DNA of 64,000 bases, from NCBI GenBank assembly GCA_036676395.1, contig JAKFCY010000003.1, positions 224,001 to 288,000 on the forward strand. Reading direction: 5' to 3'. Made by a program: the position numbers and the translations under genes. Below the pieces are notes generated by a model, which searched no databases, had not been told where the DNA came from, and saw nothing but the letters and a program-made list of their open reading frames with translations. Position 1 is the first letter of the stretch, and the number at the start of each line of letters is the position of its first letter. Positions 8,165 to 17,623 of the stretch are shown one piece after another. The stretch comes from Bdellovibrio sp. (GTDB taxonomy: Bacteria > Bdellovibrionota > Bdellovibrionia > Bdellovibrionales > Bdellovibrionaceae).

Positions 8165-10639
8165 TTAGAATTGTAGAAAATCTTCAGGCACCGGATTTTT
8201 AATCTGGCCGGTTGTGCCTTCGCCGCCTAGATTATTAAAGATTTTACCAGGGCGTAAAAGTTCGCTTGAAATAAGCTTCACTGAATAACCCGTACGACCA
8301 CCAGTCACACAGTTTCCAGGCACCGGAGGAAGTGCCCCGTCGATCTCGTAGGGAGCTTGAAAATTATCTGTCCAGGGATTTAGTGCAGTATCACCATCGC
8401 ATGTGCCAAATAGCATACTGTATTTTCCACCACCTGCATCTGGCGCAGGAAATGCGCCATAACCCACACTTGATAAGTTTAAAAATGTCCAACCAGTTAA
8501 TAATGAAGATGGTTTGGTGGCCAAGACATCAAGTCCAAATTTTACCGCACTGTCGCCGTTGCCGAACAAACTAACGATATCATTTGCAGCATTTTTGAAA
8601 AGATCATGGGTCACTTGCATTTGATGTCGCACGCTAAATCTTGCTGGTATACCAGCAAAATCAGTAGCTCGGCGATTTCCAAAATCGACCGGAAATATTG
8701 GAGGCGTCGACATACCTGCATTGCTCGCCATATTTTGAATTACAGGAACAGTTAACTTAGAAGAATAATTTGTCAAAAAATCAGGTTCAATCGAATAGTA
8801 AGTAGCATCAAATTGATTAGGTGACACGACAGTCAGTTCAATATCCCGCATATAACTATTTTTTGGAGCAGTGGTATTAGTACGATCAACAGCCAATGGA
8901 TCGTAAGCTGGATCAGTGACATCACTAGAAAGGTGATACCATTCTCTATACATTGGCCATCGCTGCGGTTTCTGATATGTGCCTTCTGTTGTTTCTCTAG
9001 TCTTGTTACTCGAAGAAGGTGAATCTTGGCGACCATATTTATTAGCTAGCAAAGTATGATATAGCCCGACAATTTTAGTATTGGCTAAACCGCCTTTATT
9101 TGCTGGATCGCGATTGGGAGCATCATTTGAATAAGTGTCTCCAACATGAGTCGAATAATTAAAAATAAATTCGCGGGCATCTTTTAAAGTAGGCGTTGCG
9201 GTAAGGCCTGATAAATTTCGGCGTGGTAAATTAAAATCCGTGCGATTTTCCCAGTCAGCACGACCTTTGTTATCATCAGTTCCTGAATCCCAGGTTTTAA
9301 AATACCAGGGGCCGATGGTTCCTCCGAAAGGTTTTGCAAATGACACCGCACTCAGCTTAATTTTCGCCAATGGTAAAAACGGAATCTTCGGTTCACTTGT
9401 TGCTTTAACTCCGTAATAAACCTGGATCCACGGATTTTTTTCATAACCTAGAATATTTGATGCATCCGAGTTTTGATTAAAAAGATTTTGAATTGCAGCT
9501 ACGCCAGCAGTATCCATAATGCCGTTCAATTGACTTAAAATTCTTGCGTCTATGTCACCAGCAGCACCTTGATAAAGTGATTTTAAGCCGATATCTGAAT
9601 TGCCACTTATAACTTCGCAATCAATCATAAAGAAAAGTAACCGTTGAAAATTAATTTCTTTCATCATTGCTTCGGCAAAGCTACTGCCTCCACCTAAACT
9701 TTTAACACCGTTCAGTGTAGAAATCGAATTTCCTGTCATTGAAGTTAAATTAGCTTCTGTAAGATTATTTTGCAGAGTATTTTGTACCCCAGTTAAAATG
9801 CTTTTACCTTCAATATCTAACATTTTATTTTCAGGCTGCCCAAGATTTTTTGTTAACATGTAGATGAAGTTACGACGATTTTGCGTATCTTTAATATAAT
9901 TACCGTAATACAAAGCCAGCATTTGCGTTGTAATCGGACCTAATGAATTACAAGTTTTATGAACAATGTCATTAGCCTTGCCGATGGCTGCATTCACCGA
10001 TGCACCCATTGAGTTTCCAAAAATTGAACTAGTACCTACACCCGGAATTTTACTGATCGAAAAAGCTCTCATTTGTTCAATAGCATTACATTCAACTTTG
10101 CAAAAAGTTTCTCGATCGTTAGGTGCTGAAATCCAATCCCCAAAGCCGATATGGCCCAAACACATAAAAGGTACGTCAGTGATAGTTACACCATCGGATT
10201 TTGGCCCGGCTCCATTGCAAGCAAATGTTCGCGAAGCTGAATTATATCGCGGAAGATAACTAGGTCCAGGCCACTTCGCCGGAAACTGAATTTCTATGGG
10301 GGATGCACCACCTGCTGCCCGGTTATTATGTTCTAACCCAAATGTTCCAAGCACACGATAACGCCAAGTCATTAGCTTCCACGCCTGACGAATCTGAAAA
10401 TTCACATGCGCCATCACATTCATGATTTCAGCTTGTTTCATCGCCCCGTAATAAGCAGCCAAGTCTGTCGATTGCTGTAAATTAATTTTATGGTGAACTA
10501 CCAAACCCACATTCACCAGCATCGCAAAAAACACAAAGACGACTTGAAAAATCAAAGCCACAAAAATGCCGACTTGGCCTTTTTCATTTCGCATGGTTAA
10601 TACGAATCGTTTTTTATGTGTTTTCTGCCCTTGATTCAT
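8165..10639 (-). CDS. Tad-domain (TadG/TadE-like) pseudopilin with large C-terminal domain
   Basis: NEKGQ followed by hydrophobic helix, then NVGLVVHHKINLQQSTDLAAYYGA, typical of TadG-like N-termini. Confidence 0.8.
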   Translation of the reverse strand: MNQGQKTHKKRFVLTMRNEKGQVGIFVALIFQVVFVFFAMLVNVGLVVHHKINLQQSTDLAAYYGAMKQAEIMNVMAHVNFQIRQAWKLMTWRYRVLGTFGLEHNNRAAGGASPIEIQFPAKWPGPSYLPRYNSASRTFACNGAGPKSDGVTITDVPFMCLGHIGFGDWISAPNDRETFCKVECNAIEQMRAFSISKIPGVGTSSIFGNSMGASVNAAIGKANDIVHKTCNSLGPITTQMLALYYGNYIKDTQNRRNFIYMLTKNLGQPENKMLDIEGKSILTGVQNTLQNNLTEANLTSMTGNSISTLNGVKSLGGGSSFAEAMMKEINFQRLLFFMIDCEVISGNSDIGLKSLYQGAAGDIDARILSQLNGIMDTAGVAAIQNLFNQNSDASNILGYEKNPWIQVYYGVKATSEPKIPFLPLAKIKLSAVSFAKPFGGTIGPWYFKTWDSGTDDNKGRADWENRTDFNLPRRNLSGLTATPTLKDAREFIFNYSTHVGDTYSNDAPNRDPANKGGLANTKIVGLYHTLLANKYGRQDSPSSSNKTRETTEGTYQKPQRWPMYREWYHLSSDVTDPAYDPLAVDRTNTTAPKNSYMRDIELTVVSPNQFDATYYSIEPDFLTNYSSKLTVPVIQNMASNAGMSTPPIFPVDFGNRRATDFAGIPARFSVRHQMQVTHDLFKNAANDIVSLFGNGDSAVKFGLDVLATKPSSLLTGWTFLNLSSVGYGAFPAPDAGGGKYSMLFGTCDGDTALNPWTDNFQAPYEIDGALPPVPGNCVTGGRTGYSVKLISSELLRPGKIFNNLGGEGTTGQIKNPVPEDFLQF

Positions 10640-10788
10640 GAACTAAAAGCGTAGCTGGTTTTCTCTATCGCGTCCAGTCCAGACCTAGGTCATAATGTTG
10701 TAGTCAGGTTGATAGCGAGATGATGTCAACAGTGAGACAATCATTTAGATTAGAGAGACGTTTTTATTAGAAGAAAGGTTCCTGCTTT

Positions 10789-11553
10789 ATGTTTATTCGC
10801 GCGCTTTTAGTTATTTTGGTTCAAATTGCATTTTTAAATTTTTCACAGGCCGAGGTTTTATTCGAAGGTTATTATAAAGTGACCCAGTTTAAAAAACATG
10901 TGGGCTTTTTCATTTTACGTAATGAAATGGATGCCAAAACTAAACAATTTAAAACTACAACATTTTTACGTTTAGGCAAAAACGGCTTTAACATGACCGA
11001 ATCACTTAATGCCGTTTCAACCACTGACTTTACCCCGGTTAGTTACTCTTATATGGCTATTGATGGCAGCAAAAGCAAAACGATCGACATGACCTTCAAA
11101 GGCGATACGATGTCGGGTTTAGTTTTAGATAACGGTGAAAAAGCTAAAATCTCAAAAAAAGTTCCAAAAGGAACATTCTTATCCAGTTCGCTTTATTACA
11201 TGATGCTTAAAAGTAAAGAAGGCCTAAAAACAGGAACTAAATTTGAATTTACGGCAGTGGCCGAAGAACTTGGTGATGTAACAAAAGGAACTTCAAGCAT
11301 CGAAAAAAAGATGGTCTCGCGTGGAATCATGCAGCTATTAAAGGCCAACAATACGTTTGCTGGTATGGAATACGAAAACTACATCACAAACCAAGGCCAA
11401 AACATTTCTGCGTTAACACCTGCAACAGGTATAGAAACAGAATTAATGAAAAATTCTGAAGAAGCCGTGCAAGGAGTTAAAGTTTCTGCTGGTACTTTAG
11501 AAAAAGTTTTTGGTAACATACCTAAAGGTAAAACTAACGTTTTAAACAACTAA
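10789..11553 (+). CDS. Secreted hypothetical protein
   Basis: SD AAAGG, signal peptide ending SQA, beta-rich. Confidence 0.8.
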   Translation: MFIRALLVILVQIAFLNFSQAEVLFEGYYKVTQFKKHVGFFILRNEMDAKTKQFKTTTFLRLGKNGFNMTESLNAVSTTDFTPVSYSYMAIDGSKSKTIDMTFKGDTMSGLVLDNGEKAKISKKVPKGTFLSSSLYYMMLKSKEGLKTGTKFEFTAVAEELGDVTKGTSSIEKKMVSRGIMQLLKANNTFAGMEYENYITNQGQNISALTPATGIETELMKNSEEAVQGVKVSAGTLEKVFGNIPKGKTNVLNN

Positions 11554-11562
11554 GGCGACACA

Positions 11563-12687
11563 ATGAAATTAAATGAACTTATCGGCCAACACATGTTGAT
11601 TGGCGTTTCTGGACTAACTCTAACTGAATCTGAAAAAAGATTTATCGTTGAAAATAATATTTCGGGTGTTGTGTTATTTGCCCGCAATCTTTCTACGCCT
11701 GAACAAATTCGCGATCTTTGCGCAGAGATTCAATCACTACGTCACAAAATGGCTTCAAAAGCTCCTTTGTTTATCGGCATCGATATGGAAGGCGGACGTG
11801 TTCATCGTTTAAAAGCACCTTTCACACAATGGCCACCACTTAAAACAGTTGGTGATTTAGATGCTCCTACAATAGCTTTTCATTTCGCTCACCGCATGGG
11901 ATTAGAGATGATGGCTGTGGGTATTAATTTAGACTTCGCACCTTGCGTAGATGTATTTACTAATCCATTAAACACAGTCATTGGTGATCGTGCAGTCAGT
12001 ACAGATCCACACCAAGTTGAAAAAATGGCCTCTGCATTAGTTCGTGGTTACATTAAGTCTGGCATTTTATCTTGTGCAAAACATTTTCCAGGTCACGGTC
12101 ACACGGTGATTGATTCACACGAAGAATTACCAGTTGAAGAAGCAGATTTAAAACGCCTACATGAAGTAGAATTAGTCCCGTTTAAAAAAGCCTTACGCAG
12201 CCGTGTTGACATGGTGATGACTGGGCATATTTTATTTAAATCAGTTGATAAAGATTGGCCTGTCACTTTATCAGAATTCTTTCTTAAAAAAATGTTACGT
12301 GATGAATTAAAATATAAAGGCTTAGTGATCACTGATGATTTAGACATGAAAGCCATGGCTAAACATTACGATAAAGGTTTTATTCCGGTTCGTTCATTAC
12401 AAGCCGGCGCTGATTTATTGCTTTACTGTAATGAACCAGAATCTCCTCCGGTAGCGATTGAAACCATCATGAATGCTGTAGCCCAGGGTCAACATTCTAA
12501 AGCTGAACTTGAATACACTTTAGGTCGCATTTTAGATGTGAAAAAAATCAAAATGTTAAATCCAGATCCAAAACCCATCGCCGAAGCGATGGAAATCGTG
12601 GGTCACCCTGATCACCAGTATTTGGCCGATTGTTTACGTAAACAAATCATGCCCGAAGGTTTACTCGACGCTCAAGACGGCGAGTAA
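11563..12687 (+). CDS. nagZ: Beta-N-acetylhexosaminidase (GH3)
   Basis: IDMEGGRVHRL, KHFPGHG..DSH, TDDLDM motifs. Confidence 0.93.
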   Translation: MKLNELIGQHMLIGVSGLTLTESEKRFIVENNISGVVLFARNLSTPEQIRDLCAEIQSLRHKMASKAPLFIGIDMEGGRVHRLKAPFTQWPPLKTVGDLDAPTIAFHFAHRMGLEMMAVGINLDFAPCVDVFTNPLNTVIGDRAVSTDPHQVEKMASALVRGYIKSGILSCAKHFPGHGHTVIDSHEELPVEEADLKRLHEVELVPFKKALRSRVDMVMTGHILFKSVDKDWPVTLSEFFLKKMLRDELKYKGLVITDDLDMKAMAKHYDKGFIPVRSLQAGADLLLYCNEPESPPVAIETIMNAVAQGQHSKAELEYTLGRILDVKKIKMLNPDPKPIAEAMEIVGHPDHQYLADCLRKQIMPEGLLDAQDGE

Positions 12688-12769
12688 ACGCCTACGCTGA
12701 CAAAAGGTAACACACCCCTGTAAAAACTTCTCGAAGTGCCAGTTCAAGCCGAATCCATTGGTTTAAAAC

Positions 12770-12785
12770 TGGCGCAAGACTTGAA
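12770..12785 (+). promoter_or_regulatory. Putative sigma54 promoter
   Basis: TGGCGC-AAGAC-TTGAA about 65 nt before the TonB-family ATG. Confidence 0.45.
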
Positions 12786-12848
12786 TCAACCTGTTTGAAT
12801 TCTTTTATTTTGCTGAAAGCAAATATTTTACTTTCGCAGGGGTGATTT

Positions 12849-14057
12849 ATGTCAGGGACTTACGATTATTATTTCGATGATTCAAGTTATCGCAATCAAG
12901 ATTCTTCAAAATACTTTGGAGTGTCTGTTATCATCCATATGGCCTTAGCGATTGGCGCATTATTCGTGACTGTTCCGGTCATGGAAAAACTAAAATCAGA
13001 ACCCATTGTTGTCGAATTCGAAGCCATTCAAACATTGCCACCAATACCTGTAAAACCAATCCAGCCAAAAATCGCTAAAGGCGAAAAAGTAAAACCAACT
13101 CGTGGTGGAAAAACCGCACATTCACCGTCACCGTCAGCTCCATTAAATGCGAAAGACGATGTGATTGTTAAAGGCCCTGCGAAAACTTCTAAAGTCTCTA
13201 AAGCAAAAATCGCGACAGTTAAAACTAAAACTTCTGGTGGCTTAGCAAAGGCTGCGACTTATGCTCCATCGCGCGCCGGGGTTCCAGAAACGTTAGAAGA
13301 TATTCCAGCACCAAAATTAGATTTTGATGGCGTTGCCGCAGAACAAACTGGCAATCTAGGTGACGATGAATTCGAAAATGAATTTAAAAATATCGATCAT
13401 GCCAACGAAGCATCGATTCGCGCTGAAAAAGCACGTATGGATAATGAAGCTCGATTAATCGGTGATCAACAAGATCAATCCTTAAAAGCCTTAGAAGATA
13501 AAATCGCAGCTGATGCCCGCGTAATGAATGACGATCTTATGGCAACACGCACGAAAAATGCGGCAGCGGTGGCTCGTTTAAAAGCGTCTGAAAATGCAGC
13601 TCTGGCAGAACGTGCAGCTCGCGAAAAAGCTGAAGCAATAGCAGCCGCTTCGCGCGCTCGTGGCACAGGCGATACAGGCGCAGGCCGTGGATCAAGTGGC
13701 ACCAATGCAGACGCAAAAGCCGCAGCAGGAGCCCCAACTGGCGTTCGTTCGATTGACCAACTTCGCCAAATTCCGGGAAACCCAAAACCAAGTTATTCGA
13801 TGGAAGAACGTTTAAACCGCCAACAAGGCCGTGTGATCTTTCAAGCTTATGTAACTAAAGAAGGCGGCTTAACAAGTTTTCGCTTGTTAACATCAACTGG
13901 TTATAAAAATTTAGATGGTAAAACTTTGGGAGCTCTTAAAAAATGGAGATTCTATCCGGGCCAACAAGGTTGGGTTGAGATTCCTCAAATTTGGACATTA
14001 AAAGGTGACGTTGAACAAATGCCTGCAACACTTCGCCGAAAACAATCGTTCAGATAA
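12849..14057 (+). CDS. TonB/TolA-family energy transducer
   Basis: N-terminal TM (SVIIHMALA), Pro/Lys-rich and Ala-rich linkers, TonB_C-like end (QGRVIFQAYV..G, STGYKNLD, WRFYP). Confidence 0.85.
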   Translation: MSGTYDYYFDDSSYRNQDSSKYFGVSVIIHMALAIGALFVTVPVMEKLKSEPIVVEFEAIQTLPPIPVKPIQPKIAKGEKVKPTRGGKTAHSPSPSAPLNAKDDVIVKGPAKTSKVSKAKIATVKTKTSGGLAKAATYAPSRAGVPETLEDIPAPKLDFDGVAAEQTGNLGDDEFENEFKNIDHANEASIRAEKARMDNEARLIGDQQDQSLKALEDKIAADARVMNDDLMATRTKNAAAVARLKASENAALAERAAREKAEAIAAASRARGTGDTGAGRGSSGTNADAKAAAGAPTGVRSIDQLRQIPGNPKPSYSMEERLNRQQGRVIFQAYVTKEGGLTSFRLLTSTGYKNLDGKTLGALKKWRFYPGQQGWVEIPQIWTLKGDVEQMPATLRRKQSFR

Positions 14058-14078
14058 TTAAACACAAACAGCACAAAC

Positions 14079-14111
14079 AAAAAAAGCCGAATTAAATATT
14101 CGGCTTTTTTT
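14079..14111. terminator. Bidirectional terminator
   Basis: A-run/GCCGAAT-taaat-ATTCGGC/T-run between convergent genes. Confidence 0.8.
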
Positions 14112-14152
14112 ATTTTAGATAACGAAAAGTTCTAGAAAGAACTTCGGAGAAA

Positions 14153-14281
14153 TTAATCGCCGAATAATTCTTTTTTAGCTTTAGTAGAACCTTTTGTCTT
14201 GATGCTAGCTTTTCTTTTTTTGCCAGCAGACGATTTTTTACGTTCACGGATGAACTCAAGTTTTTTTGTTTTAGAAGCCAT
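14153..14281 (-). CDS. Small basic protein, 42 aa (not in ORF track)
   Basis: MASKTKKLEFIRERKKSSAGKKRKASIKTKGSTKAKKELFGD*, SD AAGGTAGGA, downstream terminator. Confidence 0.75.
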   Translation of the reverse strand: MASKTKKLEFIRERKKSSAGKKRKASIKTKGSTKAKKELFGD

Positions 14282-14330
14282 GTAATCCTACCTTGTTAAT
14301 TAAATAAGCAAATTTAGAGAAATAGGATTA

Positions 14331-15146
14331 TCAAAACGGAACTGCTAAGTCAATTGAGTGATGAACTTCTTTTTCAAATGCAGACTCTTTTACGTAAGCA
14401 TAATGAAGCCCAAATTGCGGGCCTCCAAAGCCTAAACCTGCCGTAAAATAGTTCTGAGAGATAATATTGTTATTTTGGTAGCCCAAACGCAGCTGAGTCC
14501 ACTCGTTTAGTATAATTTCTAGGCCGCCCTTAACTATCATTTTTTGCTCAGAAACTGCATTTTTACCAGCCTCGATTTCACCGCGAAGATTCACTAAATC
14601 ATCATATTTAGACTCAAAACCCAAAGCTTGAGTCGGCCGATCATCCATCGTGTTCGGTAAATCGGTATCATTTAGCGGTTGGTTTTTAATCACGGCCCCT
14701 ACTGAAAACCAAGTGTTTGGGCGAAAGATTACCCCTACATCAGCTAAGTTTTGTCTGTATTTATCGTCAGTTCCAGGCAATTGAGTTTCTTGAAAAGCCA
14801 GGTTTGCGCCAAAAGATAATTTTGCGCTGAATGGATAGGCTAAGCCAAAATAGAAAGCTTTTGTTCTTAAACCTTCAAGATCAGTTTGAGTGTAACCTAA
14901 TAAGGCCGGAAACAAGGCCTCCGCGCCGTTATCTGCCAGCGAAGCACGAAATGCTTTTTTTGCAAAACTTAAATCCATTGCGCGATTTTCAAAGAGTGCA
15001 AATGTCGCCGGATTATTAAATGCCCCATCAACTAAATTAATTGCGCCAACGCCAGCACCACCTAAAGAGGTTGAGACTGATCCCAAATTTTCAAATGTTT
15101 GTGACCAAGCCGAACATGACACTAATAAAATGAATAAGTATTTCAT
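14331..15146 (-). CDS. Outer-membrane beta-barrel protein (FadL/PorV-like)
   Basis: Signal peptide, LGGAGVG..NPA motif, alternating strands, terminal F. Confidence 0.7.
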   Translation of the reverse strand: MKYLFILLVSCSAWSQTFENLGSVSTSLGGAGVGAINLVDGAFNNPATFALFENRAMDLSFAKKAFRASLADNGAEALFPALLGYTQTDLEGLRTKAFYFGLAYPFSAKLSFGANLAFQETQLPGTDDKYRQNLADVGVIFRPNTWFSVGAVIKNQPLNDTDLPNTMDDRPTQALGFESKYDDLVNLRGEIEAGKNAVSEQKMIVKGGLEIILNEWTQLRLGYQNNNIISQNYFTAGLGFGGPQFGLHYAYVKESAFEKEVHHSIDLAVPF

Positions 15147-15179
15147 GAGAATTAGACTAAACGTGAAATTTTAAAAAAT

Positions 15180-16733
15180 CTAGAAATTCGTGCTTGAACG
15201 CGTACACACACTTAAATAATTGGCGCAGCGGCCTAGAAGGCGCTTAGCATCCGGTGTCACTGCGTTGGTATAATTAGCACCCATAAGATTGAATGCTGTT
15301 AAATAACACTCTTTGCTTGTGTCATACTGAATTCCTGCATCTGCGCTTGCATTTTCTGACGAACTAAAAATTTGTGTCGTAGGTAAATAACAACTGCTTT
15401 TACGAGGCGCCACGCAAATCTGGTAATTTAAACGATTCGCGATACGATCTGCCACGGTCACACCGAGCGCCTGATCTTTAGGAATAAATAATCCAATATT
15501 CCAATCACGTGCAGAATGTTGGCGACGAATTTTTTTAACTGCCAACTGACGAGCTTCGGTCATATCTGTTGAAACTAATGGGCTGCACGTAGGTTCAGTC
15601 AATTTTTTATTGTCATAATGAGCAGGCAAAACGATTACAAAATTTTCACAAGTCCACTGCGCACCTTGCACTGTTGTTCCGGTGGCCAAATCAAATTCTG
15701 TTACTGCAGTTCCTGATAAAACATTACTTACCCAACCGGCAACATTGCTTACTTTCGGAGTAAATTTTAAACCATACCCGCGGCCAAAAGCCTTCGATAC
15801 ATCGGTCGTCTGGCGACGAATTTGACTGATCGATTCTTCTGTTGAACCTTGCGATCCAAAACCTGCATCCAAGGCTTTACCGCCGAAAACAGCAGTTAAA
15901 ATAACACGGTCATTTGTCGTCGAATTAAATTTTTTACGAACAATGTCTGAATAATATTCACCTACGCCAAATTTAATTTCTGGATTATTAGTTGTTGTAT
16001 CAGTTGACGGCGGCAAAGTTTCATCGGCTGTTTGATTAATACCAAACGAAGCCTGAATCGGCACTGGATCAGGAGTATCTGATAAATTATATGTGCGTGG
16101 GCCTTCTGATAACACCGTACCAGAAGCCGTATACTTAACATCTTTTGTTAACATGTGGCCAACAAATCCACCGGTTAGGTCTTTCAGAAAAACAATCGCA
16201 TCACGGTTGGGTTGCGGCACTAAAGTATTTAAATTATTATTTGCACCCGGAGAAATCAGATCAATATTCAAAGTTAAATCAGTTTTTTTTCTGATTGAAA
16301 ATTGCATAAAAGCAGCGGCATTAGCTGTAGAGTTTTGCAACACTCTTTGCACTTGTTCAGGAGTTATTGTTGATGAAGGCGCTTGCGGTTTAATATAACG
16401 GCCAATGTGCTGTAAAAACTGAGTGCGTAATTTTAATCCGCCCTTAACAGCACCATTACCATTGTTCGTTACAAAACCTTCATTCACGCCAATAATTAAA
16501 CCCGGAACCGGATTATTTGTTGATGAAGCATCGGCAACAAAATTTACGCATGAATTGTAAGAGATTGTATCTGCGGCAATATCGTAAGCAAACGGAGCTT
16601 GTTTGGTGGCATTGTCGATCGTTTCTGCAAACGAACTTTTATTGTTTAAAATACCTTCACCTTTTGGTGTGCATGAGAACACCAATACCGAGAATGCTAA
16701 CAATAAAATTTGAATTATAGACGCCAAGCTCAT
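15180..16733 (-). CDS. Putative lipoprotein, Cys-rich C-terminus
   Basis: Hydrophobic N-terminus with VFSC lipobox. Confidence 0.75.
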   Translation of the reverse strand: MSLASIIQILLLAFSVLVFSCTPKGEGILNNKSSFAETIDNATKQAPFAYDIAADTISYNSCVNFVADASSTNNPVPGLIIGVNEGFVTNNGNGAVKGGLKLRTQFLQHIGRYIKPQAPSSTITPEQVQRVLQNSTANAAAFMQFSIRKKTDLTLNIDLISPGANNNLNTLVPQPNRDAIVFLKDLTGGFVGHMLTKDVKYTASGTVLSEGPRTYNLSDTPDPVPIQASFGINQTADETLPPSTDTTTNNPEIKFGVGEYYSDIVRKKFNSTTNDRVILTAVFGGKALDAGFGSQGSTEESISQIRRQTTDVSKAFGRGYGLKFTPKVSNVAGWVSNVLSGTAVTEFDLATGTTVQGAQWTCENFVIVLPAHYDNKKLTEPTCSPLVSTDMTEARQLAVKKIRRQHSARDWNIGLFIPKDQALGVTVADRIANRLNYQICVAPRKSSCYLPTTQIFSSSENASADAGIQYDTSKECYLTAFNLMGANYTNAVTPDAKRLLGRCANYLSVCTRSSTNF

Positions 16734-16822
16734 CTCACTCCATTATAGCAGATAACGTAACACGGATCGTTACTTATCTTATTCTGACTAAACTTCTCGT
16801 CTCATTATGATATATTTTTCGT

Positions 16823-17623
16823 ATGAAATCAGCTGTACGCCTGACTTTGGTCACAACATTATTTGTTTTTTCTTTATTATCTGCTTCAACGGGCTGGACT
16901 TACGTTCTGCCTTTGGATTTCGTCGTCAAAAAAAGTGTAGGCAAAACAGGCCGCACCTCTATTTCTATTGATCAGGAAGTCACTTTTAAGATCGGTAAAG
17001 ACACTTTAAAAACTCAGGAAAACTGGCAAATCGAAGGCGATCGCAATTTAAAAGTTTCAGCAAATGGTTTAGAGCCTTATAAAGAAAATATAAAAGTAAA
17101 TTCATTGTTTAATTCGAAACACAAAACCCAAGTGCTTGGAAAAACAAAATCCCAAACAGCCGTTGGAAATGATTTCTATCAACGTCTAATGTTTATCAGA
17201 TCCAGTGATTCTTTCATGCAATACATTCGTGATTTAGGCATCAGTGAAAAAACCAGACTATCAAAAGCCGAAGGCCGTATCTGTATCGCGATCGGCGAAC
17301 CTTCACAGGACGATAACAAAAGCCCGCAAATCTGGATCGATCAGGATGATTTTTTGATTCGCAAAATTAGAATGCCTTCTGGAACAGAAATTAATCTTTC
17401 TGATTATGTAAAAGTGACTGATGATTTTTGGATTGCGAAAACTCAAACCATCAAATGGGCCGGAGCCACAGCAACCATCAAAGTTAAAAACTTTTCGATA
17501 AAAAATGCAGCCACTCTTGCACAGTTTTATCCACAAAATTTTGAACTGCCGACAGAACTAGCTTTCAACGAATCTAGTGGCATTGCCCAAGTCGTCGAAG
17601 ACTTTTACAAGAGGTTTCGATGA
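16823..17623 (+). CDS. Periplasmic hypothetical protein, possibly LolA-like fold
   Basis: Signal peptide; QIWIDQDDFLIRKI resembles LolA-like strand; ATGA overlap with priA. Confidence 0.6.
   Translation: MKSAVRLTLVTTLFVFSLLSASTGWTYVLPLDFVVKKSVGKTGRTSISIDQEVTFKIGKDTLKTQENWQIEGDRNLKVSANGLEPYKENIKVNSLFNSKHKTQVLGKTKSQTAVGNDFYQRLMFIRSSDSFMQYIRDLGISEKTRLSKAEGRICIAIGEPSQDDNKSPQIWIDQDDFLIRKIRMPSGTEINLSDYVKVTDDFWIAKTQTIKWAGATATIKVKNFSIKNAATLAQFYPQNFELPTELAFNESSGIAQVVEDFYKRFR

Noticed and set aside
8515..8525. TGGTGGCCAAG matches the 3' end of tRNA-Phe (possible att site)
   Set aside because: Only 11 bp, inside an intact CDS, with core genes between it and the tRNA; no integrase seen
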